DNA of 32,403 bases, from positions 1-32,403 of IMG/VR virus record IMGVR_UViG_3300027798_000005, one strand, 5' to 3'. Within the stretch, counting starts at the first letter, position 1. Each line of letters starts with the position of its first letter. The position numbers and the translations under genes were made by a program. Below are positions 1 through 8,566 of this stretch, piece by piece. Origin of the DNA: a virus. The notes below the pieces were generated by a model. The model was given only the letters and a program-made list of their open reading frames with translations, was not told the DNA's origin and ran no database searches.

Positions 1-127
1 CCAGCCGTTTTTTCGTTTCCTAACATTTCAGTAGTAACAACATACATACTATCCACATAGTCGCAATCTACTAAACGCAAAGCAATTTCTAAACTATCTT
101 TATCTTTTAAAACTACTTTAGGATTTA
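1..127. repeat. Terminal direct repeat, exact copy of 32277..32403 (127 nt). Either a circular-assembly overlap or true terminal redundancy.
   Basis: Read directly: the first 127 bases equal the last 127 bases, and an ORF is continuous across the implied junction. Confidence 0.95.
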
Positions 128-398
128 TGCGTTTTAAGGCGTTATTTTTATTTTTGTGTAGTCTTTGTAGTTCAATAGATTTCTTTTGATTTTGACTATC
201 TAAAAACGCTATTGTGTCCCTATATTTAGATATTACTTCTTTATCTATGGAATCATTTTTTACTTTTACTTCTTTGTAGACTAATTTCGGTTGTGAAGTT
301 TCGCAACCTCTAAAAAGCATAAATACTAAAAGTACCACAAAAGCGACAAACCAAATGTTTAATCGCTTAATAAAATTGTATAGGTTAATTTGTTTCAT
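1..398 (-). CDS. 5' part (ATG at 398) of a 189-aa membrane-anchored coiled-coil protein, a spanin candidate. It continues across the circular junction into 32276..32105.
   Basis: Hand translation from ATG 396-398 gives MKQINLYNFIKRLNIWFVAFVVLLVFMLFRGCETSQ... with no stop, and it joins in frame to ...LRLVDCDYVDS of the 32105..32356 ORF. It has an N-terminal hydrophobic anchor followed by Cys and sits at the end of the lysis gene cluster. Confidence 0.6.
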   Translation of the reverse strand, partial: MKQINLYNFIKRLNIWFVAFVVLLVFMLFRGCETSQPKLVYKEVKVKNDSIDKEVISKYRDTIAFLDSQNQKKSIELQRLHKNKNNALKRINPKVVLKDKDSLEIALRLVDCDYVDSMYVVTTEMLGNEKTA

Positions 399-403
399 TT
401 TTT

Positions 404-1240
404 TTATCGTGTTAATGTAAATTCATATTCTAGTCCACTTCTTTTTACATATACTTTCATCCAACAACTCCCCAAATGTTTTGGCATTCCTATTTTTTCA
501 ACAGCCCAACCTTGACCGCTGTCAAACTCCTCTTTATAAGTTCCCGTTTTAACGTGCCATTGTTTCTTAACTTCTACAATCCCTTTAAATTGATTCATTA
601 TGTATCTGTTATGCGTCATTATCCAACCATCGTGAGTATGCCCTGACATTATCACATCAGCATCAGGAAAAATAGAAGCGTGTCTACTAACAGCTAAAGC
701 ACCTTTTGTAATAACTCCGCCCCAATGCCCATGATCATAAGCAATATTACATGGAAAATTAGCAGTGCCACTTTTAAAAGTCAAATTGATATAACCCATA
801 TATGCCCCTAATTGAATATCAGTTTTTGCAATAGTGTTTATTCTTTCAACTAAACGCATTAAGATATTTGTTTCAGCTCTTTCTGAAACACTACTCTCGT
901 GGTTTCCTGTATTGATTTGTAATATATTTTCAGCATACGGAATCATTTTTAAAGCGGTGTCATTAATTACCAAATCTAAATAATCATTTCCGTTGTGTTC
1001 AGGTCTTATAGCGTTCTTTGCTTTTCGTGGATCATACTTCCCCTGCATTAAACAAAGCATATCACCATTAATAATTATTTTAGCATTTCTTTTTTTAGCT
1101 TCGTCGAGGTGTTCAAATAAAAGTTTTCTATTTGCTTTAGGATTGTCAAAATGCCAATCGGAAGTAAGTAAGAATTCGAAAGTTTTATTATTTTCAAAAG
1201 TATATCTATGAAAATTGTGAGCCTTTTTTGTTATTATCAT
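404..1240 (-). CDS. Calcineurin-like metallophosphoesterase
   Basis: The ordered motifs SDWHFD (DxH), NGD (GD), TGNHES (GNHE) and SGHTHDG (GHxH) are present. Confidence 0.8.
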   Translation of the reverse strand: MIITKKAHNFHRYTFENNKTFEFLLTSDWHFDNPKANRKLLFEHLDEAKKRNAKIIINGDMLCLMQGKYDPRKAKNAIRPEHNGNDYLDLVINDTALKMIPYAENILQINTGNHESSVSERAETNILMRLVERINTIAKTDIQLGAYMGYINLTFKSGTANFPCNIAYDHGHWGGVITKGALAVSRHASIFPDADVIMSGHTHDGWIMTHNRYIMNQFKGIVEVKKQWHVKTGTYKEEFDSGQGWAVEKIGMPKHLGSCWMKVYVKRSGLEYEFTLTR

Positions 1241-1334
1241 AATAGTTGGTTAATTATAAGGGATTCAAACCCTTGTCAAATGCTTATGCAAATATGTTAT
1301 CCTTGTCAGTATTTATTCCTGATTACACCAATAA

Positions 1335-1709
1335 TTACCAACGTGCTTTTCTTCCTCTATGGTCGTAATGCGTGAACGTAGGATAAACACCTATTCCTCC
1401 CTCTTTCATTTTACCACTTTCAATAAGTCCTTCAATTACTAAAGCTACTTCTTTAGGTGTCATTCCTTTTACTTTAATATCCGCAGCAGTACCTCTTAAA
1501 TGTTGGCTGTCTTTAACACCGCCTATTTTAGCGTTATACTTTGGACTTCTGTAACCGCTTGTAATTGCAATAGGTTTATTTATTGCGGTTCTTAATATTT
1601 CCAAATTGCGTGCAAGTTCAACAATATTTAAAAGTGCGCTGTTTGGAATATCTCCGCCATCTTTACACTTAAATTCTTCAAGACTAAAATTAGTCGTTAT
1701 TTTTGCCAT
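1335..1709 (-). CDS. Endolysin, peptidase M15 (zinc D-Ala-D-Ala / L-Ala-D-Glu peptidase-like)
   Basis: FSLEEFKCKDGG...ITSGYRSPKYNAKIGGVKDSQHLRGTAADI...THYDHRG matches the M15 family pattern with H/D/H zinc ligands. It lies immediately downstream of the holin. Confidence 0.85.
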   Translation of the reverse strand: MAKITTNFSLEEFKCKDGGDIPNSALLNIVELARNLEILRTAINKPIAITSGYRSPKYNAKIGGVKDSQHLRGTAADIKVKGMTPKEVALVIEGLIESGKMKEGGIGVYPTFTHYDHRGRKARW

Positions 1710-1711
1710 CT

Positions 1712-2146
1712 TTATTTTATTTTATTAATATCTTCTTTTACTTCTTTTGCTCTATTTAATAATTCTTTTAACATTTTCCAAATGTTAATATTTAAAGCTT
1801 CTTCAATATTTTCTTTAATGCTTGTAAGTTCAATTAATATCAAAAGAATCGCCACTAATTTAGTAAACATAAATTGAATAGTAAAATGACTTTGAGTAAA
1901 TTCATTCAATAAAAATTTATCAATTACAAAAAGTAAAATCAAAGTGATTTGATACAACAACATTTTAGACACTATATTCGATAATTTACGAGAACGAATA
2001 GAACGCCACCCATTTAGTTTAACGCTTTTAAATATACCAGTAAAGGTGTCTAAAGCAATACCTAAAGCAACCGCAATAAGCAATCCGTAAATGGGTGTAA
2101 AAAATAAAAATAGTCCAGCTATAAGATAGGTTAAGTAGGTTTTCAT
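1712..2146 (-). CDS. Holin (toxin-secretion/phage-lysis holin family pattern)
   Basis: Multiple hydrophobic helices, an ALDTFTG motif near the N-terminus, ELTSIKEN near the C-terminus and a charged C-terminal tail. Its stop lies 2 nt before the endolysin ATG. Confidence 0.75.
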   Translation of the reverse strand: MKTYLTYLIAGLFLFFTPIYGLLIAVALGIALDTFTGIFKSVKLNGWRSIRSRKLSNIVSKMLLYQITLILLFVIDKFLLNEFTQSHFTIQFMFTKLVAILLILIELTSIKENIEEALNINIWKMLKELLNRAKEVKEDINKIK

Positions 2147-2347
2147 TTATTCTTGTGTTGGAGTGTATTCAATAGTTTCTAATTCCGATAAATCGTGCCA
2201 TATATCATAAAAGCATTCCGCAGTAAGTACATTCATTCCTACTATCCAATTGTCGTTTCCATCTTTGGCAAACTCCAAAACGTTGCCTTTATTTTCGTAG
2301 CCGTTTAAAGCATTGTATTGCTCTTGATTTGCTTTTAGTACTAACAT
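2147..2347 (-). CDS. Hypothetical protein (66 aa)
   Basis: ATG-initiated ORF packed between the RBP-like gene and the holin with 1-nt spacers. Confidence 0.5.
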   Translation of the reverse strand: MLVLKANQEQYNALNGYENKGNVLEFAKDGNDNWIVGMNVLTAECFYDIWHDLSELETIEYTPTQE

Positions 2348-2348
2348 G

Positions 2349-3206
2349 TTATAAAGAGTTTAAATAAGTGTTAACAGCTGTTATAATATCTGAATTTTCA
2401 GATACCATACTTGCGCCATTCATATAGAAAGATATCGTGTGCGCTCCGTAAGAAGTACCACTTCTTAAAATTAATTGATTTGAGGATGTCATTGTAACTG
2501 ATAAAGCAGTTCTGCTCGCTTGCGTAGTTCCGTTAAATAATTCAACATTTGTAACGCTTGTACGATGTATAGACTTCATTCCCTTTGTAGCTGTAAAATC
2601 AAAAGAACCACCTGTTAAACCTAATGATTGATTAATACGCTGATTTACCGAAGAAGTACGAGACATATTATTTATACCTGCTAAACTACGCCCATCCAAA
2701 GCACCTGTACCGCTTGCAGTGTCCATAAATAAAAATCTACTCGCATTATTTTGCGTATAATTAACTCCATCTGTAACAGGATTGAAGTTAGTGTCTATGT
2801 AAGAGCTACTTCCATTACCTTGAAAACCTTTTCCACTTATAAAAGTTGGAGCATTAAATAAAGTTGCTGTATGTGTAAAATTTTTCCAATCAATACGAGC
2901 GAAGTCAGAATTTGAAGTAGTAGCAAAAAGATATAAGCAATCTATTTTACTCCAAGCACCAGCGTTTTTTAAATCAATAACTAACTGATTTTGTTTTAAC
3001 TTTTCATCATCACTTGGTAAAGTAAAACCTAATTCAGTACCTCTATTTAAAATAGATTGATAATCTGCATCATAAGCAAAACCAACTATATTAGTATCGC
3101 CTGCCCAACTATTAGCGTGAACAGAACCCCAACTTATATCGTTGTTAACTGCACCTTGACCCCAACCTATATTATTATTTTTCGCTCCTTGTCCCCAATC
3201 GCTCAT
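2349..3206 (-). CDS. Putative tail fibre / receptor-binding protein
   Basis: N-terminal Trp-Gly repeats (DWGQGAKNNNIGWGQGAVNNDISWGS..SWAGD) are followed by a Ser/Thr/Asn/Gly-rich beta-type domain. It is the last structural gene before the lysis genes. Confidence 0.4.
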   Translation of the reverse strand: MSDWGQGAKNNNIGWGQGAVNNDISWGSVHANSWAGDTNIVGFAYDADYQSILNRGTELGFTLPSDDEKLKQNQLVIDLKNAGAWSKIDCLYLFATTSNSDFARIDWKNFTHTATLFNAPTFISGKGFQGNGSSSYIDTNFNPVTDGVNYTQNNASRFLFMDTASGTGALDGRSLAGINNMSRTSSVNQRINQSLGLTGGSFDFTATKGMKSIHRTSVTNVELFNGTTQASRTALSVTMTSSNQLILRSGTSYGAHTISFYMNGASMVSENSDIITAVNTYLNSL

Positions 3207-3280
3207 TTTGTACTTTTTTTAATTGTTCAACTTTTGCTAAATATAAATTTAGCTTTTTAAAATTTTCGATTTTTGGTTTC

Positions 3281-3793
3281 TTATAATTGCCAGCCACCAT
3301 AAAAATTATTTGTATCAGGATTTACATCCTCATTATTATTGCTATTATATTCAGGATATGTAGATTGATTAAAACACATAAAATCTATAAATCTTTGCGT
3401 GTAACTTTCTGCAATATCCCTTTCCTTTTCTACCAAGTAATCAACTTCTGCTTTATCTACGTTTGTAGCGTTTTCGCTTGTATGTTTAAACAAACCTTTA
3501 TTACTTAATGTATATGCTGCAAATGGTAAATAATAAACCATAGCCCAATGAATAAGCATAGGCTTAACGTAAGTTGTTAAAAGTGTTTTATACTCTGAAA
3601 ATTCAGGCTCGTTTATATCATCATTTAAAATTAAATCCTGTAACTTTTTATATAATTGCGAACCTAAATAATTTTGAATAGTAATGTCCTGACTAATTTT
3701 TATGTATTCGATAAAATCGTCAGCATCTAAATTGCCGTTAGTTATCGTAAATTTCTTTACGTCTTCTGTTGATATAAGTAATGCGTATGCCAT
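3281..3793 (-). CDS. Hypothetical virion protein, possibly a head-tail connector
   Basis: 170-aa ORF directly downstream of the portal gene. Function is inferred from position only. Confidence 0.35.
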   Translation of the reverse strand: MAYALLISTEDVKKFTITNGNLDADDFIEYIKISQDITIQNYLGSQLYKKLQDLILNDDINEPEFSEYKTLLTTYVKPMLIHWAMVYYLPFAAYTLSNKGLFKHTSENATNVDKAEVDYLVEKERDIAESYTQRFIDFMCFNQSTYPEYNSNNNEDVNPDTNNFYGGWQL

Positions 3794-3800
3794 AGTTTAA

Positions 3801-5600
3801 TTATTTAGGTAAAAAGCCTTTATTAGGCATATCAATAGGTCTTTGAGAAACTAATTCAGGATTTTTTATAACGTATCCGTATTGCTCGGCTTTACGCCCT
3901 GCAATTTGTTTAGCTTTTGGTGAATTAACATCTATGTTTACATTTTCAAAACTTGCATAAACTTGTTTATTCCATCTATGATGGCAAGCTCCCCCGCCTT
4001 TATAAAACCATACATTTACTAAAGGACTTCCGTTAGGTCCAAAACCTTTTTTCTCTCCTTTAGAATTAGTTCTAACCTCGTTTACTTCTTTATTTGACAT
4101 TGCTATAATATCTTCTTTACGATATATTTTACCAGCGTCAATCATTTTTTGGCAAAACTTTCTACTTTTTAAAGTTGTTTCACCTGCGTAAACATATCGA
4201 GTTATAAAACGGACTCCGTCAATAGTTTCATCTTGTTCACTTTTTGAGTTTCCTCTTGCAGTACCGGTACTTACTAAATTGATTATTTTAGATAATAAAC
4301 TTTGATTTGATTCTTTAGATAACAATTCATTTTCTGCATCGTCATTATCGTAATCAACTTCGCTTTCGTCTATTAAAAGCCATTTATCATTTGGTGTTTC
4401 ACCTAAAGAAATTAAAGCATCTGCAACTGAATCATCTGAACTATTTTCACTTAAACAACAAGTATGAGCTGAAAGTTGCGTTCCTGTTTCTTCTGCTACT
4501 TGTTCAGAAGTTTGTGCATTCTCTAAATCGGTAAACTCTAAAGGCTGAATCGTTTTAAAGTATAATTTTAACTTAATATTATTAACTGATAAAATAGTAT
4601 CTAACGCTTCAATGATTTCAATCTGATAAGGTTTGATTACTAAATTATCATAAAGTAAAGTCGCTGTTTTAATTTCGTCTGCATTGTTAGAAAATCCACC
4701 TCCTGAATCACGAACTCCTAAAAGCATTGGTGAAGTAACTCTATGCCCTACAACTAATTTTTCAAAACATTCTTTAGCTAAATATTCATAATGTTGCGGT
4801 GCATCGTTTAATGGTATATCAGTTACTTCCGTTGCATTTTCTTTGCTACTATTAAAAGACACTATTACTTTTTGCCCTTTAGAACCTGTTAATTTACGTT
4901 TTACATCAGCTGAAATTTCTTCTCTTTTTTCTTCAGGCGGTATATTGTTATTAAAGTTTACAACTTTAGTACCACTAAAACCATTCATTACATCATTAAT
5001 CAAATAGTCTGAAATTTCTTCTTCTAACTTTGCATAAGGTAACGCACCCGAATAATCAATCGGAGTATAATAATGGTAACCGCTTACATAAGGTCTTACA
5101 ACATAAAGTTCAACATCTTTTTTATTACCAAAACCAAAAGCAGGAATACGTTTAACCTCATCACTCGGTTTTTTCTTTGCCCAATCAGGATGATAATACC
5201 ACGCTTCAATCTCTCCTTTATCGTTGCATTTTTCAGCTCTTAAAGTATGCATTGGAAAATGCTCTATAAATTTTACTTCGCCCTTTTCGTAAACAACTTG
5301 CATAGCAGCCATTCCTAAAAGTTTTCGTTCTAAAGCAACTTTCTTTAATGCGTTTGGCTTTATTATAGAAATCATTTTAGCGTACTCATCAGGCTTTTTA
5401 TTAGCGTCTAAAGCACTAATACCTTTCCCGTAAATCATATTACTACAACCTGTAATAATAGCGTTATTTGTGGTGCTATATAAATACCTATCAATTAAAA
5501 ACTGAAAGTAGTTGTTATCAGCTCCATATTCCACAAAATCACCTTTTTTACTTTCGTTAATTTGTGGACTTGTATAAGCACTTAAATTTAATACATACAT
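3801..5600 (-). CDS. Portal protein with a C-terminal MuF / SPP1 gp7-like minor head domain
   Basis: 599-aa ORF, the largest head-module gene. An acidic linker is followed by SRKFCQKMIDAGKIY...GGGACHHRW, which resembles the Cys/His signature of MuF-type head morphogenesis proteins. Recognition is from memory. Confidence 0.55.
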   Translation of the reverse strand: MYVLNLSAYTSPQINESKKGDFVEYGADNNYFQFLIDRYLYSTTNNAIITGCSNMIYGKGISALDANKKPDEYAKMISIIKPNALKKVALERKLLGMAAMQVVYEKGEVKFIEHFPMHTLRAEKCNDKGEIEAWYYHPDWAKKKPSDEVKRIPAFGFGNKKDVELYVVRPYVSGYHYYTPIDYSGALPYAKLEEEISDYLINDVMNGFSGTKVVNFNNNIPPEEKREEISADVKRKLTGSKGQKVIVSFNSSKENATEVTDIPLNDAPQHYEYLAKECFEKLVVGHRVTSPMLLGVRDSGGGFSNNADEIKTATLLYDNLVIKPYQIEIIEALDTILSVNNIKLKLYFKTIQPLEFTDLENAQTSEQVAEETGTQLSAHTCCLSENSSDDSVADALISLGETPNDKWLLIDESEVDYDNDDAENELLSKESNQSLLSKIINLVSTGTARGNSKSEQDETIDGVRFITRYVYAGETTLKSRKFCQKMIDAGKIYRKEDIIAMSNKEVNEVRTNSKGEKKGFGPNGSPLVNVWFYKGGGACHHRWNKQVYASFENVNIDVNSPKAKQIAGRKAEQYGYVIKNPELVSQRPIDMPNKGFLPK

Positions 5601-5602
5601 AA

Positions 5603-5932
5603 TTATTCAAATATTTTATATTCGTTTGTTGTCACGTGTTGGACATATTCATCTTTATTGATTGAATAGGTACTTAATGCTTGATTTGTACAGAATATCT
5701 TATCTCTATAAACGATATTTGTACCATATTTAATTATTAAAGTGTAATATTTATTTTCTTTAATTGGAAAAATAACGGAAGTAGTAACAAAATATTTATC
5801 AATTGAAAATGTAGCATCAATTTCAGTTTCTATATTCGTTTCTTCATCTCGCAAAACAATAGTATCCGCATCACTACCATAGATAATAGCGTTTAATGTT
5901 TGTGCGGTTTCTTGCTCTCTTAAAATAATCAT
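5603..5932 (-). CDS. Hypothetical protein (109 aa)
   Basis: ATG ORF preceded by the conserved late motif. Its stop lies 2 nt before the portal ATG. Confidence 0.5.
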   Translation of the reverse strand: MIILREQETAQTLNAIIYGSDADTIVLRDEETNIETEIDATFSIDKYFVTTSVIFPIKENKYYTLIIKYGTNIVYRDKIFCTNQALSTYSINKDEYVQHVTTNEYKIFE

Positions 5933-5940
5933 ATTACTTA

Positions 5941-5955
5941 TTTATTTAAAAACAA
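5941..5955 (-). promoter_or_regulatory. Late-gene upstream motif TTGTTTTTAAATAAA (copy a)
   Basis: One of four exact 15-nt copies. It lies 8 nt upstream of the ATG at 5932 and just downstream of a terminator. Confidence 0.55.
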
Positions 5956-5973
5956 GAATTTAACATTTTTGTT

Positions 5974-6007
5974 AAAATAAAAAAGGAGCAATCAATCAAG
6001 ACGCTCC
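5974..6007 (-). terminator. Rho-independent terminator
   Basis: The minus-strand RNA reads GGAGC-13 nt loop-GCUCC followed by UUUUUUAUUUU. It lies downstream of the 6033 stop. Confidence 0.65.
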
Positions 6008-6032
6008 TTTTTAAATTCAAAACTATGAAAAA

Positions 6033-6560
6033 TTAAGAACCTGAAACCACTGTAAAACCTGCTCCAGCAAGAGTATCAATAATAAAGTTAGCAGGGACTT
6101 GCTCTTGTGCTGTAAGTGTTAATGTATAACCACTTAAATCGCCCATAGCACCACCTGTAACAATTGTACCACCTGTTACCTCACAACCATGTTTTAAACC
6201 TGCTAAAAAGAAGTTTCCGTTGTTATCTTCTACAATAACATTCGGACGACCATAAGCCATAAGTTTTAATTCTTTATGGTCTTTAACGGTTAACTTTTTA
6301 AAAGTCAATTCTAAAACTTGTTCGTAAAATGTAGTTCCGTTTTCACGTGAACTATTAATGTTTTGAGTAAAGGTACTTGCACCTTTTAACTCATATTTGT
6401 AAGCGTCAGGAGTACCCGCAACAGCATCAATTGCATCTGTATTAGTTACATCGTAAGTAATAGCACCTAATTCGCCATAATTAACGAAATATACATTTTT
6501 TAAACCACCAACTGAATCCTTACAAACTTCTAATCTTCCTAATGATAAATCACAAGCCAT
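6033..6560 (-). CDS. Abundant virion structural protein, possibly the major tail tube protein
   Basis: 175-aa ORF immediately after the capsid gene and bracketed by two terminators, which suggests a highly expressed monocistronic unit. No family was recognised. Confidence 0.35.
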   Translation of the reverse strand: MACDLSLGRLEVCKDSVGGLKNVYFVNYGELGAITYDVTNTDAIDAVAGTPDAYKYELKGASTFTQNINSSRENGTTFYEQVLELTFKKLTVKDHKELKLMAYGRPNVIVEDNNGNFFLAGLKHGCEVTGGTIVTGGAMGDLSGYTLTLTAQEQVPANFIIDTLAGAGFTVVSGS

Positions 6561-6575
6561 ATTATTTTTTGTTTT

Positions 6576-6607
6576 ATAAAAAAAGGGAAGGCATTTTACC
6601 TCCCCTT
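6576..6607 (-). terminator. Rho-independent terminator after the major capsid gene
   Basis: The minus-strand RNA reads AAGGGGAGG-UAAAAUG-CCUUCCCUU (9 bp, one G.U) followed by a U-run. Confidence 0.75.
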
Positions 6608-6629
6608 CTTAAAGTTAATATTTAATTAA

Positions 6630-7562
6630 TTACGCTGGAGTATATAATACGATTTCAGAACCGATACCATATTGAACCGCTGCAGTAAATCTCATAATAA
6701 CGTTTACTGTTTGTGCTCCTGTTACTTCCGCTTGGTCAATTACTCTCACTTCATTTTGGTCTGATAATAAACCTGTACCGAAATATAAGTTTGATTTTTG
6801 AGCAGCCATCATATAGTTAGAAGCTAATCCGTTTGCAACAAATAATTTAACACCATCAAAAGATAATGAACCATTATTGAACCATTGCGTACCCATTGCG
6901 TTAGTTCCGTTTGCTCCTAAGCCCGACGCTTGGAAACCGCCCAAAGCCCTTACGTATGCACGAGCTACATTTTGAGAAACATAGATGTATAAATCTTCTT
7001 TTCCGTAAAGTGCAGCAGGAATAGCGTCAACAACTTTTCCAAGTTCAGCGATTACGTTAGCAGCGGTAACAGTTGTACCAACTACATCAACCACAGTAGC
7101 GTCAGCAGTAGCTAAAGGAACAAATCCGTTAAATTCTCCTGCGTTTGCATCTGATCCTCTCCATATGTTAGTTTCCATTTTTTCAGCCACTTTCGCTGCA
7201 ACGTGTCCGATTAAGAAATCAGCAAATGATTTTGGTAAAGTGTCAAAAGCAGACATTCCCATTTCAATCGATTGCCATGTACTTTTGAAATCTTTCGAGC
7301 AAAGTTCCAAATTTACTTGAAATTCCTCAGGTTGAATTACTCTCTCTGTAATTGTTACAGTAGAAGTAGGGTCAAAAGCACAAGTAGCATCTTTTACAAT
7401 TGCATCCGTAGCAATTCTATTGATAACTGATTTATACTTTACGTTTGGCATTACTTCGATTCCACCATTCTCAATAGTAGAAGCCGATAATAAGGCAGCA
7501 GATATGTATTTCTTTGAAAACTCACCTGCATAAGTTGTTGTGATACTTGTTGTAGTAGCCAT
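6630..7562 (-). CDS. Major capsid protein
   Basis: 310-aa ORF between a scaffold-like gene and a strong terminator. Its composition and size are typical of HK97-fold coat proteins. The call rests on context rather than a specific motif. Confidence 0.7.
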   Translation of the reverse strand: MATTTSITTTYAGEFSKKYISAALLSASTIENGGIEVMPNVKYKSVINRIATDAIVKDATCAFDPTSTVTITERVIQPEEFQVNLELCSKDFKSTWQSIEMGMSAFDTLPKSFADFLIGHVAAKVAEKMETNIWRGSDANAGEFNGFVPLATADATVVDVVGTTVTAANVIAELGKVVDAIPAALYGKEDLYIYVSQNVARAYVRALGGFQASGLGANGTNAMGTQWFNNGSLSFDGVKLFVANGLASNYMMAAQKSNLYFGTGLLSDQNEVRVIDQAEVTGAQTVNVIMRFTAAVQYGIGSEIVLYTPA

Positions 7563-7575
7563 TTTTTTTATTTAA

Positions 7576-8127
7576 TTAGTTTGCGATTTTACTCATTACT
7601 CTGTCGAAAGTTGTCATTTCTCTACTTTGTGAGAAAAGGATTTTTTCAACGTTTTGTTTAGCATCAGGATTGTGTGTTAAAGGTTCAGCTGATAATTCAA
7701 CTACTTCTTTAACTTCCGTTTGTTTTGCTAATTCTGTTTTTAAAGATTCAATTTCAGCTTTTAAATCTTCAATTTCTTTTGAAAAATGTGATTCTCTTAC
7801 TGTCGATTCAATTACCTTTTTAGCTGTTTGTGTTGGTTCCGCTGCTTGTTCAACTTCTACTTCAACTTCTGGGGTTTCCTCCTCTGTTGGTGCAGGTTCT
7901 TTGATTTCAGCAATTTCGCCCTCTGTTGCAACAACTAAAATCATTCCGTTATCAAGAATATACTCACCTACTGGCAAGGCAACTCTATCTTCACCATTAA
8001 CAATAAACACAGGTTGACCTGCTTCGAACATTTCCGCTTCGATAACAGTACCATTGTCTAAAGTCATTTGCTCTAATTGGATTTGCATCCCTAAAAGCTT
8101 TTTGATTTCTGTTAGTACGTTTGACAT
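7576..8127 (-). CDS. Putative scaffolding protein
   Basis: It lies directly upstream of the capsid gene and has an acidic Glu/Pro/Thr linker (EEETPEVEVEVEQAAEP) plus a coiled-coil segment (EIEDLKAEIESLKTELAKQTE). Confidence 0.4.
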   Translation of the reverse strand: MSNVLTEIKKLLGMQIQLEQMTLDNGTVIEAEMFEAGQPVFIVNGEDRVALPVGEYILDNGMILVVATEGEIAEIKEPAPTEEETPEVEVEVEQAAEPTQTAKKVIESTVRESHFSKEIEDLKAEIESLKTELAKQTEVKEVVELSAEPLTHNPDAKQNVEKILFSQSREMTTFDRVMSKIAN

Positions 8128-8138
8128 ATTAATATTAA

Positions 8139-8153
8139 TTTATTTAAAAACAA
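8139..8153 (-). promoter_or_regulatory. Late-gene upstream motif TTGTTTTTAAATAAA (copy b)
   Basis: Exact 15-nt copy, 11 nt upstream of the ATG at 8127. Confidence 0.55.
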
Positions 8154-8177
8154 GGTTTGTTTAATGTTGTTGTATTT

Positions 8178-8546
8178 TTATAAAGATTTACCTATTCCGT
8201 CAACTGAATTAAATAATTTTTTATAATCAGCCGCTTTGCCTTGTAAGTCTTTTTTATAACTTTCAAAACCTGTATCTCCCAAACCTAATTCTTTAGCTTT
8301 TGTTTCTAATTGATTAATTAAATCCACAGCATTTTGAGCGTTTTGATAAGCTACTCTGATATTATCGGAATAAGTGATAAGCATATCTTTAGCTTTGTTT
8401 TTAGCCTTGTCTACATTATCTTTTAAACCTTTATATTTTTGAATTTCAGATTTGATGTCATCTGTTAAAGCTAAATCTACTTTATGCGTTCCCAATTCCG
8501 TTTTAGGGAATAATTTACTAAATACTTGTTTTTCTTGTGGTGTCAT
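8178..8546 (-). CDS. Hypothetical head-module protein, tandem paralogue 1
   Basis: It shares MTPQEKQVFSKLFPKTEL.. and the ..KAKELG.. core with 8567..8920. The first 53 nt are identical at the DNA level. Confidence 0.6.
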   Translation of the reverse strand: MTPQEKQVFSKLFPKTELGTHKVDLALTDDIKSEIQKYKGLKDNVDKAKNKAKDMLITYSDNIRVAYQNAQNAVDLINQLETKAKELGLGDTGFESYKKDLQGKAADYKKLFNSVDGIGKSL

Positions 8547-8566
8547 CTTTAATGTTGTTGTATTTT

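Noticed and set aside
993-1211. Antisense ORFs in the track: 993..1211, 3057..3260, 3287..3508, 7670..8017, 8990..9196, 10574..10780, 11788..12054, 15165..15356, 15517..15708, 16328..16540, 25514..25726, 26320..26520 (all plus strand) and 30260..30442 (minus strand)
   Set aside because: Each lies wholly or largely inside a longer, motif-supported or operon-consistent ORF on the opposite strand. Each has the low-complexity Phe/Ser/Leu/Ile composition typical of antisense reading of AT-rich genes.
1258-1274. tRNA-like T-arm (AAGGGATTCAAACCCTT; on the minus strand AAGGG-TTTGAAT-CCCTT followed by ATAATTA-A-CCA) in the endolysin-phosphoesterase gap
   Set aside because: The T-loop lacks the conserved C56 (TTT instead of TTC). 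The putative acceptor stem pairs at only 5 of 7 positions. No D-arm or anticodon stem can be drawn in the preceding roughly 50 nt. It is more likely a simple intergenic hairpin; a direct repeat CCTTGTCA at 1271 and 1301 lies nearby.
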